From the NCBI GenBank assembly GCA_965116595.1, contig OZ220708.1, positions 1,078,875-1,142,874 of the forward strand: a DNA stretch of 64,000 bases. Direction: 5' to 3'. How positions within the stretch are numbered: position 1 is the first letter of the stretch; every line of letters begins with the position of its first letter. Origin of the DNA: Arenicellales bacterium. Lineage in GTDB: Bacteria > Pseudomonadota > Gammaproteobacteria > Arenicellales > Poriferihabitantaceae. The position numbers and the translations under genes are program-made. This document shows positions 28,188 through 38,359 of this stretch, in pieces. The notes beneath the pieces were generated by a model, which was not told the DNA's origin, did no database searches, and saw only the letters and a program-made list of their open reading frames with translations.

Positions 28188-29144
28188 ATGACGCCTAACC
28201 AGTTGCAGAGTCTGTTCGCCAATCTCAAGGTTTGGCACGTGCAAGGATGGCGGGCTCCAAACAAGCCCTTACTTGCATTATGGGCGATTGGGCGGTGTCT
28301 ACGGAACGAGGCGCGTCTGGTGCCATACGATGAGATCGCCCATGAACTGGGGGGCTTGCTGCGTCGTTTCGGGCCACCGCGTAAGCGCGTAAACCCGGAC
28401 TTGCCATTCTGGCATCTACAGCACGATGGTGTCTGGGAAGTACCGGAGGCCGGCCGTATCACTCAGACACTGAGCGGCCACGCGCATATCGCCTCATTGC
28501 GTCGGGAAGGGGCGCGGGGCGGATTGCCAGCTGATGTGTTTCTGTCGCTTCAGCAGGATAGAGTAACGGCACTCGACATTGCGTATTCACTGCTCGACGC
28601 CCACTTTCCGGATACCCTGCATATTGACATACTGCGCGCGGTTGGGATTGACACTGGGTATGTGGCACCCGGTGTGTCGGATGTCGGCATCCAGGGAAGA
28701 CAAGGAATCGGACAGGACTTCAAGCAAGTTCGGCGCAGGTTGCGTGATCCGGCGTTCTCCAAGGCGGTTCTGGGCGCATATGGCGAACGGTGCGCCGTAT
28801 GCGCCTTCTCCGTTCGCCTGCATGGTGTGCCGGTGGCGCTGGATGCAGCGCATATCAGGTGGCACCGGGCTGGTGGCCGTGACCGAGACAAGGTAAGCAA
28901 TGGGCTTTCGCTATGTGCCTTGCATCATCGGCTATTCGATGCCGGTGCATTCACGCTCTCGCCGAGTTATACGGTCGTTATTGCGACTGCAGCGGTGGGC
29001 CCCGGTGCAGACCGAACCCTTGAGAAGTTTTCGCACTGCTCGATCCTACTGCCCGAAAACACGGAAGACTATCCAGATTTGAGATCCTTGAAATGGCATC
29101 ACCGCGAAGTCTTCGGTCCCGTCATTGAGAGCGTCGACTATTAG
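28188..29144 (+). CDS. phosphorothioate-DNA-sensing restriction endonuclease (SBD + HNH, SprMcrA/ScoMcrA-like)
   Basis: 318 aa. The N-terminus WRAPNKPLLALWAIGR...RVNPDLPFWHLQHDGVWEV matches my recollection of the sulfur-binding domain family. The C-terminal HNH region is CAVCAF...LDAAHIRWHRAGG...NGLSLCALHHRLFDAGAF. Confidence 0.7.
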   Translation: MTPNQLQSLFANLKVWHVQGWRAPNKPLLALWAIGRCLRNEARLVPYDEIAHELGGLLRRFGPPRKRVNPDLPFWHLQHDGVWEVPEAGRITQTLSGHAHIASLRREGARGGLPADVFLSLQQDRVTALDIAYSLLDAHFPDTLHIDILRAVGIDTGYVAPGVSDVGIQGRQGIGQDFKQVRRRLRDPAFSKAVLGAYGERCAVCAFSVRLHGVPVALDAAHIRWHRAGGRDRDKVSNGLSLCALHHRLFDAGAFTLSPSYTVVIATAAVGPGADRTLEKFSHCSILLPENTEDYPDLRSLKWHHREVFGPVIESVDY

Positions 29145-29735
29145 GTAGGAGTCTGGCGGCTTCCCTTCATCCCGCAGGCACTCGTCCCCACCGGAACCAA
29201 GCCGGAGGGATTTCTGCGCTTTCCTACCTTCACGCTCGGAACGACCCAAGAATTACTAGGCACACAGGGTAGCCACAAGTACGCTGTCGGCCCTCGGCGA
29301 CAAGTCGATTTGCACACGAATTCGTCTTCTCGGTAGCAGATCGATGTAATAGTCCTTCACGTATTCCAAGCGCAGGAACTGGATATCGGACGGTCGGCAA
29401 CGTGTCAATGTCCGTTCGTGCCGTCGCGCGGAATTATGGAGATGACGGGTAACCGCAGGAATTCGAGTTGAGTCTATTACAATGATATATTGATCCGCCG
29501 CTCCGGATACGAACCAGTCTTCCCGCCTCGTCTAGGAACCGTGTTAAGACTAGGTGGAAGTGAGCATTCCCAAGTGCAGATTGTGCACAGTTGATACCGA
29601 AGACGGAGAATAGAGAAGTCTCAAGGTTCAGAGTGACAAACGCCTACGGTCAACGTAGGTCTAAGGTTCTATGGGTTTAAATTTTATTTGACTTCCAAAC
29701 AGACTTCCATTAACTTCCATCAAAGGAAGAAAGCC

Positions 29736-30824
29736 ATGAGCAATTTCTATTCATTTTCAGCAATTCGAGGGATGCAAGCAGGTCATCCATATTACACAGT
29801 GATGATTCCGCTATGTCAGGTACCGCGAATTTTCAGTTTTGACGATGAGACATTACCGCCAGACCTGCGAACCCAGCGTGTGCTCTCGAAGGCTCGGGTT
29901 CCCCAGATCGCCGACTACCTGTCGACGAACTGGGATAATTACATTCTTTCATCGCTCTGCGCGTCGGTGGATGGAGACCTGAATTTCAAGTCGGCGTCCG
30001 ATGATCTCTCGTTGCGCAATGTGGGAATTCTAACCATTTCCATGGACGCTCGCATTCTCCTGAACGACGGACAGCATCGCCGTGCCGCAATCGAAGAGGC
30101 ACTCAAGACGAGGCCTGAACTTGAAAATGAGACTATTTCCGTTGTGCTGTTCGCTGATCGCGGACTGGGGCGCTGTCAGCAAATGTTCGCCGATCTCAAC
30201 AAAAACGCGGTGCGTCCGTCTGGCTCACTGAACGTCCTCTTCGATCACCGCAATCCCCTGGCTCGTCTGTCGGCGCATGTCCTGAGCGAGGTTGAGTTTT
30301 TCAGGCGCTTCACCGATTTAGAACGCAGTTCCATCCCGAACCGGGGGACGGCTCTCTATACGCTTTCCAGCCTCAACCGCGCCAATGAATGGCTCGCAGG
30401 GAAGACCGCAGACCGCTTTGGCGAAGACACTCCCGCACTCGCGGCGGCCTATTGGGGTGCGCTCTACCAAGCAATGATCGACTGGCAGCGCCTTGATGCG
30501 GGGTCCTTAAAATCCTGCGATCTGCGTCAAGCGACGGTCCACGCCCATGGCGTGTTGCTGCAGTCCTTCGGACTCCTTGGTAGACGTCTCCTAGCCGAAA
30601 AGCCGAAATCGTGGCGCAAATACCTTTCAAGCCTCAAATCCTTGGACTGGTCGCGCCGGAATGCCGATCTCTGGGAGGGTCGAGTGATGAATAGCGCGCG
30701 GATGAACGGCCAAAAGCGGGCGGTCCTGCTCGGCGCCAATGTACTCTGCCAAACTGTTGGTCTGCCCCTCGACGAGCGGGGTCGCCAAGCCGAGTCGAGC
30801 TTTGGTGAAAAGGAGGCTGCGTAA
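29736..30824 (+). CDS. dndB: DNA phosphorothioation regulator/associated protein DndB
   Basis: It carries the DGQHR-domain signature LLNDGQHRRAAIEEA. I chose the ATG at 29736 (preceded by AAGGAAG) over the upstream TTG in the ORF track. Confidence 0.9.
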   Translation: MSNFYSFSAIRGMQAGHPYYTVMIPLCQVPRIFSFDDETLPPDLRTQRVLSKARVPQIADYLSTNWDNYILSSLCASVDGDLNFKSASDDLSLRNVGILTISMDARILLNDGQHRRAAIEEALKTRPELENETISVVLFADRGLGRCQQMFADLNKNAVRPSGSLNVLFDHRNPLARLSAHVLSEVEFFRRFTDLERSSIPNRGTALYTLSSLNRANEWLAGKTADRFGEDTPALAAAYWGALYQAMIDWQRLDAGSLKSCDLRQATVHAHGVLLQSFGLLGRRLLAEKPKSWRKYLSSLKSLDWSRRNADLWEGRVMNSARMNGQKRAVLLGANVLCQTVGLPLDERGRQAESSFGEKEAA

Positions 30825-30825
30825 G

Positions 30826-32268
30826 TTGGCGACCTTGATTGACGACTTTGATTCGACATCCGAATCCGAAGTTCCCGGCCGCTCCATTATGGACATCGTA
30901 GAAGAAGTCCGCTGGCTCTATGGCAGCGATGACCGCCCTTGGGTGATCGGTTATAGTGGCGGCAAGGATTCGACCTGTGCACTGCAACTCATCTGGTCGG
31001 CCTTGTCAGGATTGCCGAAGAAAAAGAGAAAGAAGCAGGTATATGTCTTGAGCTCCGACACACTGGTCGAGACGCCTGTCATCGTCGACTATATCGATAA
31101 TACGATCTCCAACATCAACGCAGCTGCCAAGGCGCAATCGATCCCAGTTGAGGCACACAAGGTGGTACCGGATATTTCCGACAGTTTCTGGGTTAACTTG
31201 CTGGGACGCGGCTACCCGGCTCCATCCAAACGATTTCGTTGGTGCACAGAGCGGCTAAAGATTGATCCTGCAAATGCGTTCATCAAAGAGAAAGTGGCAG
31301 AGTTCGGCGAGGTCGTCATGGTGCTGGGTGTACGCCGCGCCGAAAGCGCAACCCGCGCCCAAGTTATGTCACTTCATCGGATCAAGAACAGCGTTCTCTC
31401 CCGCCATACGACATTGCTCGGTGCCTATGTATATACGCCAATTGAAGCATTTAGTACTGATGATGTATGGAGCTATTTACTCCAGAACAGTAATCCGTGG
31501 GGCGGAGACAATCGCCATCTCCTCGCAATGTATCGGAATGCCCAAGCGGGCGAGTGCCCACTCGTGGTGGATAAGAACACTGAAAGCTGCGGCAACTCCA
31601 GATTCGGTTGTTGGGTCTGCACTGTGGTCACGAAGGACAAGGCCATGGAGGCTATGATCGACAATGGCGAGACATGGCTAGAACCTTTGCTTGACCTTAG
31701 AGATGAACTCGCGGCTACCCAAGACCCGTCGGAGAAGTCGAAAGTCCGCGATTTCCGACGGCGGAACGGAAGTGTGACCTTTAAGGCTGGCAGCAATGAG
31801 ATGATCCCGGGACCCTACCGGATATCCTTCCGAAAGAGCTTCCTGAAGAAACTTCTGGAAGCGCAAATGGAGGTGAACCGGAACGCTCCGCCAGGAGAAA
31901 AGACAATACTCATTCATGATGCAGAACTTCTGGAAATCCAGCGCCTTTGGCGATCCGAAGCTGGCGATTGGGACGACACTATCGCAACTCTTGTGCACGA
32001 GGTTCTCGGCCGTGAGTTGCCCATCGAAGACGACGGCGCTTACAAGTTCAACGGCGAAGACGGTGCAATCCTGGAAGAGGTGTGCGAGGAATATTGTGTG
32101 CCGCCGGCACTCCTTGCTCAACTCTTGGAGGTTGAACGATCCGTCCGTGGTTTGAAACGTCGAGCCGCCGTCCACCAGAAGATCGGCGCAGTGATGGAGC
32201 GCGAGTGGCGCGCTGAGGACGACGTGATCTCCGAGCGTAATATAAGGATGCGAAAAGGTGCGTCATGA
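30826..32268 (+). CDS. dndC: DNA phosphorothioation protein DndC (PAPS-reductase-like ATP pyrophosphatase, Fe-S)
   Basis: It has the PP-loop WVIGYSGGKDST and the Cys cluster CGNSRFGCWVC. The start is set to TTG 30826, which lies 9 nt after AGGAGG and 2 nt after the dndB stop. GTG 30805 and ATG 30889 are alternatives; the track ORF begins at 30739. Confidence 0.92.
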   Translation: MATLIDDFDSTSESEVPGRSIMDIVEEVRWLYGSDDRPWVIGYSGGKDSTCALQLIWSALSGLPKKKRKKQVYVLSSDTLVETPVIVDYIDNTISNINAAAKAQSIPVEAHKVVPDISDSFWVNLLGRGYPAPSKRFRWCTERLKIDPANAFIKEKVAEFGEVVMVLGVRRAESATRAQVMSLHRIKNSVLSRHTTLLGAYVYTPIEAFSTDDVWSYLLQNSNPWGGDNRHLLAMYRNAQAGECPLVVDKNTESCGNSRFGCWVCTVVTKDKAMEAMIDNGETWLEPLLDLRDELAATQDPSEKSKVRDFRRRNGSVTFKAGSNEMIPGPYRISFRKSFLKKLLEAQMEVNRNAPPGEKTILIHDAELLEIQRLWRSEAGDWDDTIATLVHEVLGRELPIEDDGAYKFNGEDGAILEEVCEEYCVPPALLAQLLEVERSVRGLKRRAAVHQKIGAVMEREWRAEDDVISERNIRMRKGAS

Positions 32269-34208
32269 TCCTCGAGACGCTGACTCTCAATAATTTTGGC
32301 CTGTACGGCGGCGAGTATCAGTTCAATCTGTCTCCGGCCACCGATGACGAACGCCCCGTGATCCTCGTACTCGGTCACAATGGCGGTGGCAAGACGACTT
32401 TCCTCGAGGCGGTTCGACTCGCCCTCTACGGCAAGCGCGCCCTTGGCGCTCGGGTGGCGCGCTCCGACTATGAAGCCTATCTCCTGCGGCGCATTCATAT
32501 TCTCGCTGAAGAACGGGCCGCCTCTGTGACATTGTCGTTTTCGCGCCATGAAGAAGGGCGTACTGTGCATTATGAAGTTCAGCGTGCTTGGGCGGCACGC
32601 GACACATCAGTCATTGATTCCATCGAACTCACCTGCGACGGCATGCTGGTCAATGACATTCCACCCGAGGATTGGGATCATTATTTAGAAGATATGATCC
32701 CGTCGGGTATCTCGCAGCTCTTCTTCTTCGACGGCGAGAAAATCCAGGACATCGCTGACGACACCTCCACGGATGGGGTGAGAGATTCAATCCGTTCCCT
32801 TCTTGGCCTAGACCTGATTGATCAACTCCGCAGTGACCTTGCGCTTTATACCGCGCGACGGAATCCATCAAGGGCAAATGTGGACCTCGAAGCGATTGAG
32901 CGCGATTTGAAGGCGGCAAAGACAGAGCTTGTCGTCCTGGAAGAAAATGCAGCCCAGGACCGCGCCGACCGTGGCCGGGCCGATCGGCAGATCGCTAAAG
33001 CGCAAATGGCGTTTAACACCGAGGGTGGGGCCGCCGCGCTGGACCGGACTGGGCTGAAACAGACCTTGCAAGAAGTGGAGAAGCGGATCGACTGGTTGCA
33101 AAGCGATTTAAAACGTCTCGCCGAGAGCACGTTGCCTCTCGGTCTTGCCCCGAATCTGTTGGGTCGATTGAACGACGTTGTTTCCCAACGTGGTTTTTCA
33201 GCCAGTACAGAGGCGATTGGGGAGTTCCTCGACGCTTTTCAGTCCAGCGACAGAACCAAGGCGTCAAAGCGACCGTATTGGACCAAGAGCCATTTCTCAG
33301 CCCTAAGTGCATTCCTCGACGAGGCTTGCGATGATTCTGACGACATCACGCTCGACGCAGATCCGGCCTGGGTCAAGAACCGAATCGATGTGATCGATAT
33401 GGGTTTGAGGGGCCAAGCGGCTGATCTTGGCAGAGAGTTTGATGCGGCGCGGCACCGCCAAGCATGGCTTAAGAAACAGCTACGGAACTTCGATGAGAAC
33501 GCGGCGCACGAGACTCTCGAGATCCTGAGGACGGCCGAATATGAGCGTGGGCGTGCCGAGGCGCAACTGATGGAAAAGGAAAAGGCAATCTCAAGTCTGC
33601 GTTACCGGATCGGTCAACTTGAAAAAGAGCGGGACCGCGCGCTTGATGTGGAACTCGACACAGCGCTGGCGTTTCACAAGATCGATCTAGGCGAACGCGC
33701 TAGAGCCGCCCTTGCGGTCTATGAGTCTCGTGTCCTCGAACGGCGGATTGTTTCGCTTTCCAAGCATTTCGTGGAGTGTTTTAATGGGCTGATCCGGAAG
33801 AAACGGCTTCTCAGCAGTGTGCAGATCGATCCGAACACGTTCGACATCACGCTTATCGGGGCCGAAAGCGTCGAAATCCCCAAAGAGGCGTTGTCGGCAG
33901 GTGAGCGGCAGATCTTCGCGATCTCCATGCTTTGGGCGCTTGGCAAGACCTCGGGGCGCGATTTGCCAATGATTATCGACACGCCTCTGTCACGGCTCGA
34001 TCAGGCGCACCGGAAATCTCTTATGCGCGATTACGTGCCCGTGGCGAGCCGGCAGATAATCCTTTTGTGTACCGATAGCGAGTTGACGCCGGATCTCGAT
34101 AAACTGATCTCGCCCTTCGTGGCTCGCCGCTATGAGATCGGCGTTTCCCTGAGCGATCATCGAACCCACATAACGCCACACTCGCCGGATGTAGTAAATG
34201 CACATTAG
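32265..34208 (+). CDS. dndD: DNA phosphorothioation protein DndD (SMC/ABC-like ATPase)
   Basis: 647 aa. It has Walker A LGHNGGGKTT, a long coiled-coil middle, the signature LSAGERQIFAISML and Walker B PMIIDTPLSRLD. An ATGA overlap joins it to dndC. Confidence 0.9.
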   Translation: MILETLTLNNFGLYGGEYQFNLSPATDDERPVILVLGHNGGGKTTFLEAVRLALYGKRALGARVARSDYEAYLLRRIHILAEERAASVTLSFSRHEEGRTVHYEVQRAWAARDTSVIDSIELTCDGMLVNDIPPEDWDHYLEDMIPSGISQLFFFDGEKIQDIADDTSTDGVRDSIRSLLGLDLIDQLRSDLALYTARRNPSRANVDLEAIERDLKAAKTELVVLEENAAQDRADRGRADRQIAKAQMAFNTEGGAAALDRTGLKQTLQEVEKRIDWLQSDLKRLAESTLPLGLAPNLLGRLNDVVSQRGFSASTEAIGEFLDAFQSSDRTKASKRPYWTKSHFSALSAFLDEACDDSDDITLDADPAWVKNRIDVIDMGLRGQAADLGREFDAARHRQAWLKKQLRNFDENAAHETLEILRTAEYERGRAEAQLMEKEKAISSLRYRIGQLEKERDRALDVELDTALAFHKIDLGERARAALAVYESRVLERRIVSLSKHFVECFNGLIRKKRLLSSVQIDPNTFDITLIGAESVEIPKEALSAGERQIFAISMLWALGKTSGRDLPMIIDTPLSRLDQAHRKSLMRDYVPVASRQIILLCTDSELTPDLDKLISPFVARRYEIGVSLSDHRTHITPHSPDVVNAH

Positions 34209-34575
34209 CAAGTTTCGCGTGTCCAGTGAGGCGACCAGCCGCCTGCGCGTACTGCGTCAGCGAGCAGCGCTTACGCCTAACCTCCTTTGCCGTATGGCCA
34301 TGGCTATGTCTTTCGAGATGGGCAAGGTCGGTCCGGCCTCGGAGATCGAGGAAGGTCAGGAGTTCAACGCCTATACGCTTTTCGGCGGAGACCAGCCGAT
34401 CTACATCACGCTGCTAAGATGGGTGGAAACCGAAGACGGGGAAGAGGTCGATGACCGAGAATTAGTCCTCCGTTTGCGTACACATATTGATCGGGGTCTG
34501 TCAGCAATTTTTACGCGGGTGAAGTCTCCGGGTGACGCCGCACGGCTCTTGGCAGGAGATTCGGCAGCCCGATGA
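34198..34575 (+). CDS. dndE: DNA phosphorothioation protein DndE
   Basis: 125 aa. It sits between dndD and the cysteine desulfurase gene and overlaps both neighbours. The N-terminus is FRVSSEATSRLRVLRQRAALTPNLLCRMA. Confidence 0.85.
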   Translation: MHISKFRVSSEATSRLRVLRQRAALTPNLLCRMAMAMSFEMGKVGPASEIEEGQEFNAYTLFGGDQPIYITLLRWVETEDGEEVDDRELVLRLRTHIDRGLSAIFTRVKSPGDAARLLAGDSAAR

Positions 34576-35738
34576 CCAGCCCGGTCTATCTCGATCACAA
34601 CGCTTCGACACCAATGGACTCCGTCGTCATCGACGTGATGACGGAGGCCATTCGCACCCATTTTGCCAATCCGTCGAGCGGTGAACATGCGGCTGGTGCT
34701 GCCGCCTCTCAGGCAGTCGAACATGCTCGGGGAACCATCGCAAAGGCCATCGGCGCCCGTCCGACGGAGATCATCTTCTGCAGTGGATCAACGGAAGCGA
34801 ACAATTTGGCACTCATGGGGGCATTCCCTGATTTGAAGGCAAAAGGAAAGACCCAAATCATTACCTCCGCCATTGAACACCCGTCGGTCATGGAACCACT
34901 AAGGCAGCTCGAGGCTGTAGAAGACGCGGAGATCGTCCGTGTGGCGGTAGGTGAAGATGGTCGGGTGTCCCCAGGTGCAATCGAAGAAGTCCTAGGCAAG
35001 AACACCGGCCTGGTAACTATCATGGCAGCGAACAACGAGACCGGGATTCTCCAACCCATCGATCAGATTGGCGCCCTCTGTACAGAGCGCAATATCCTAT
35101 TCCATACGGACTATTCGCAGGCTACCGCCTACCGTGCGCTCGATGTCCTAGCAGCCAATGTTCATCTTGCGAGTTTCTCTGGGCACAAAATGTACGGGCC
35201 GAAGGGCATCGGGATCCTTTATCGGCGCTTACGAAAACCGCGCGTGGAAATCACGTCCATCATTCACGGCGGCGGCCAGGAGCGAGGCCTACGATCAGGC
35301 ACCTTGAATACGCCAGCGATTGTCGCTTTGGGGGCAGCGTTTGAACAAGTCATCCGGTTTCGCGCTAAGGATGTGGAGACCATTGCGGAACGACGTGATG
35401 AACTCGTTGATGGATTGCTCCAGATTGGGGGAGTCTACACAAACGGTGACCGCGCCCAGGTCTTGCCGAACACGGTTTCGCTTTCGGTGGAAGACATCGA
35501 ACCGCTAGCATTGATGCGTTTGTTGAAGAATGAAGTCGTATTCTCCGCATCGAGTGCATGTTCAACGGACCGCATAGAAACGTCTCACGTGCTGAAGTGT
35601 ATGCTTGGCGACACGCTGCGGGCGCGTCAGGCATTTCGATTGGGTCTTGGGCGCGGTACCACCGATGCGGATATTGAGCGGGCAGTCTCCGCGTTCACGT
35701 GGGGCGTCACCCGACTTCGATCAGGACGCTTAACCTGA
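34572..35738 (+). CDS. dndA: cysteine desulfurase DndA (NifS/IscS-like)
   Basis: 388 aa. It reads VYLDHNASTP, SGHKMYGPKGIG (PLP lysine) and SASSACS (catalytic Cys loop). Confidence 0.9.
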   Translation: MTSPVYLDHNASTPMDSVVIDVMTEAIRTHFANPSSGEHAAGAAASQAVEHARGTIAKAIGARPTEIIFCSGSTEANNLALMGAFPDLKAKGKTQIITSAIEHPSVMEPLRQLEAVEDAEIVRVAVGEDGRVSPGAIEEVLGKNTGLVTIMAANNETGILQPIDQIGALCTERNILFHTDYSQATAYRALDVLAANVHLASFSGHKMYGPKGIGILYRRLRKPRVEITSIIHGGGQERGLRSGTLNTPAIVALGAAFEQVIRFRAKDVETIAERRDELVDGLLQIGGVYTNGDRAQVLPNTVSLSVEDIEPLALMRLLKNEVVFSASSACSTDRIETSHVLKCMLGDTLRARQAFRLGLGRGTTDADIERAVSAFTWGVTRLRSGRLT

Positions 35739-36212
35739 AACGGTGTCGTCGCCAGACCGCCAAAGATCGGCATAGGCAACGAGGAATTCATCGACGCTGC
35801 GGGGTCCACCCATGGCGTCCCGGAGGATTTCGAACCCTTTAGCTGCGTAACGGTTCATGAACCTTACCCCGTCCTCGCTCAGACCCAAAGGAGAGCGAGG
35901 GTCGAGCAGTTTGACGGTCTCCTTCTCGATTAGATCGCGGTTATTCGAATCGAGCTTGCGCCTGCGGATTTCCGCCTCAACTAAGAGCCCGAGCAGGTAA
36001 CTGTCATAGGCTTGGTAGGCCTCTGGATACTTCGCGCCAGCCGCAATGAAAGGCTGCATAAACTGGGAGTCGCTCGCCATCTGACCAGCGCGAAGCCCCA
36101 GCATGAGGCATGAGTAGAATTTGTCGATGTCCAGGAACCGAACACCTTTAATCGAGTGATCATGGATCTTGGAAAAAAACGCGTCCGCGTCTTCGGTCAA
36201 CCGGAGGCTCAT
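35730..36212 (-). CDS. hypothetical protein, last gene of the convergent 4-gene module (PbeD-like position)
   Basis: 160 aa with no motif I recognise. Its start overlaps the upstream stop by 4 nt, and its 3' end overlaps the dndA stop by 9 nt. Confidence 0.6.
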   Translation of the reverse strand: MSLRLTEDADAFFSKIHDHSIKGVRFLDIDKFYSCLMLGLRAGQMASDSQFMQPFIAAGAKYPEAYQAYDSYLLGLLVEAEIRRRKLDSNNRDLIEKETVKLLDPRSPLGLSEDGVRFMNRYAAKGFEILRDAMGGPRSVDEFLVAYADLWRSGDDTVSG

Positions 36213-38161
36213 GTGGTTTCCCCATCGGTCGTTTGGCGTCTGAATTCTTCAAGTCCATAATGGGTCTCGACACGTCCATTCGCAGTTTGTCTAAGCGTGA
36301 TGAACTGTGCGTCTTCACGCTCGTAAAAATTCTCTGCAAAGGCAGCTTGTTCGCTTGAAATCACAAACAGGATCATCTGTTCGAACAACGTTGGAATGAC
36401 GCGGCTGACCTCTTCGCGCACCTCAAGATCGAGCGAGACGGCCGGACTGTCAACGATGAAAGGCAATTCAAATGGCGCCTTTGAAAGAAGGGCCGTCAGG
36501 AAGGCGTATGCGACCGACAGGCTCTGTCCCTCGCTCACATCGTCCTTACTCGACGCTTTGTTTGAACTCAGTTCCAACGCGCCGTCGATCCGTTCAACAC
36601 GAAGGTCTTCCATCTGAACAAGGGTTGCGAGCCGATCATTGGTTTCTTTACGAATGACTTCGCGCAGGCCTGTTAGCGCCTTTGCCTCGACACGCTCCAG
36701 CTGATCAAGGAGTCGGTCGCGCCGCAGTGACAGATGATAGGAGGCTTCAACCTCATCAAGGGTCGCTTTGCAGTCATCGCAATATCGGCGGGCAAGCGGG
36801 ATATTGGTTCTTTTGGTGCATTGGTGCGCCCTCTGTTTCACTGGATCAGCAGTTTCAAGACCTCCAATCTCTGTTTCAAGCGCCGTCAGTTTGACCTTTA
36901 TTTCACCTTCTCGCTCCGTGAGCGGGCGCATATCCTCATCACCGCGTTCTTCGGCCTCCAGTTTCAAACGCGCCATCGCCTTCTCATTGGCTTGGCGATC
37001 TTCTAGCTTCTCTTGAAGGATTTCGCAGGAGTCGAGAAAGCTAGTCTCGGTCGCCGCACTAGAATTGAGGCGTTCTTTCATGGTCGCGATAGCAGATATC
37101 TGATCCTGCGCCAGATATTGTTCCTTTCGCTGGATAAGCACAGCGCGTTCCGCCGGTCCGATTGGTCGACCGCAGATGCACTCGCCTTCGTCAGCAACCT
37201 CCTCGAAAAAGTCCGAAGATACGCTTTTCGGGAGCCGCGCCCGAGTCAAGGTTGCCCCAAGATCCGTGAGGCAAGACGTAATAACCGATGAAAGCGTGGC
37301 GGGATTTCGATAAGCCAGGATTGCTTGGCTTGTCGATGACTGAATATCGCCAGCAAGATCTTCGGCTTCGGCAACCAGCTTAATACGGCGTTTCTCTAGG
37401 TCGCCGTTACGCGCAATGTGTGACTCAATTTCCGTGCGGACCCCTTCCAGTACTTTTTCGAGTTCGACGTAAGCGGATCTTTTTTCTCTCAGAGATTCTT
37501 CCAGTGTCCTTAATTGATGCGTTGCATCATCCACCAACTTCCGATACCGCGAAACTGCCTTTTTCGTTTTTCCCGAGGTGCGCTCCAAAGCATCTTGACG
37601 CTTCGTCACCACGTGAGCAACATGCTGCCGTAGAGTAGCGATATCGTCGAGTTGATATAGCGTTCGAATCGCGCGATCGGCGGCCGCCTTGTTGAGGTCG
37701 CGGATATCGCGCGCCAGTTCACCATCAAAAACGAATAGCCTGATGAACTCCGATTTCAAGATGTGTTTAAGGTCGGGAGGAAGAACCAATCCACGCTCAT
37801 GGCCACCACCGCGCTCTACGGCTCTCAAGGTCGAATACTGATAGCTCCCGTCTCTGAAATCGAAATTAGCGGTCAGACGATAATGGTTCGGAGGTCCGCC
37901 GCGTCGTCCTTCGATGAGCAAACCAAGTTCGAATACGCCGGTTTCGACAGCGTCACTGGCCCTAAAGCCGCAGACTTTTTCGGGGCTGAGCTTCTCCTCG
38001 CCTAGCACTGCGCGGATAAGGGTCATGGTGGAAGTCTTGCCGAGCCCATTCGGCATCTGAATGAGCGACCAGCGCGCTGGGGGATTGCCGAGCTCAAAGG
38101 ACTCAACCCCTTCGCCAATCCGCAGGTTTTCGCATCGCCAGTCCGTGATCCTAATCTTCAT
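36209..38161 (-). CDS. SMC/DndD-like P-loop ATPase (PbeC-like position)
   Basis: The start is trimmed to MKIRITDWRCENL. It has Walker A MPNGLGKTS, a ~350-aa coiled-coil region, the signature-like SEGQSLSVAYAFLTALL and Walker B PFIVDSPAVSLD. Confidence 0.8.
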   Translation of the reverse strand: MKIRITDWRCENLRIGEGVESFELGNPPARWSLIQMPNGLGKTSTMTLIRAVLGEEKLSPEKVCGFRASDAVETGVFELGLLIEGRRGGPPNHYRLTANFDFRDGSYQYSTLRAVERGGGHERGLVLPPDLKHILKSEFIRLFVFDGELARDIRDLNKAAADRAIRTLYQLDDIATLRQHVAHVVTKRQDALERTSGKTKKAVSRYRKLVDDATHQLRTLEESLREKRSAYVELEKVLEGVRTEIESHIARNGDLEKRRIKLVAEAEDLAGDIQSSTSQAILAYRNPATLSSVITSCLTDLGATLTRARLPKSVSSDFFEEVADEGECICGRPIGPAERAVLIQRKEQYLAQDQISAIATMKERLNSSAATETSFLDSCEILQEKLEDRQANEKAMARLKLEAEERGDEDMRPLTEREGEIKVKLTALETEIGGLETADPVKQRAHQCTKRTNIPLARRYCDDCKATLDEVEASYHLSLRRDRLLDQLERVEAKALTGLREVIRKETNDRLATLVQMEDLRVERIDGALELSSNKASSKDDVSEGQSLSVAYAFLTALLSKAPFELPFIVDSPAVSLDLEVREEVSRVIPTLFEQMILFVISSEQAAFAENFYEREDAQFITLRQTANGRVETHYGLEEFRRQTTDGETT

Positions 38162-38333
38162 CTGTGCGATCCCCAACATCGATTTGGTCCAAAAGATCGT
38201 GAATGTCGGATGGATCGAGATTGTCGAGCATCGCATTCTCGATAAGTGCCGCTAACGCATTCTTATAAGTCTCGTCCATACCGTCTTCGTTGCAAACGAC
38301 CTCGACCGCCTCGCGGACTGCTTTGTCGATCAT
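38151..38333 (-). CDS. small acidic protein (PbeB-like position)
   Basis: 60 aa: MIDKAVREAVEVVCNEDGMDETYKNALAALIENAMLDNLDPSDIHDLLDQIDVGDRTDED. GGAGG lies ~10 nt upstream of its ATG, and it overlaps the next gene's start by 11 nt. Confidence 0.5.
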   Translation of the reverse strand: MIDKAVREAVEVVCNEDGMDETYKNALAALIENAMLDNLDPSDIHDLLDQIDVGDRTDED

Positions 38334-38359
38334 GATGAATTGGCCTCCACACTCTCCAT

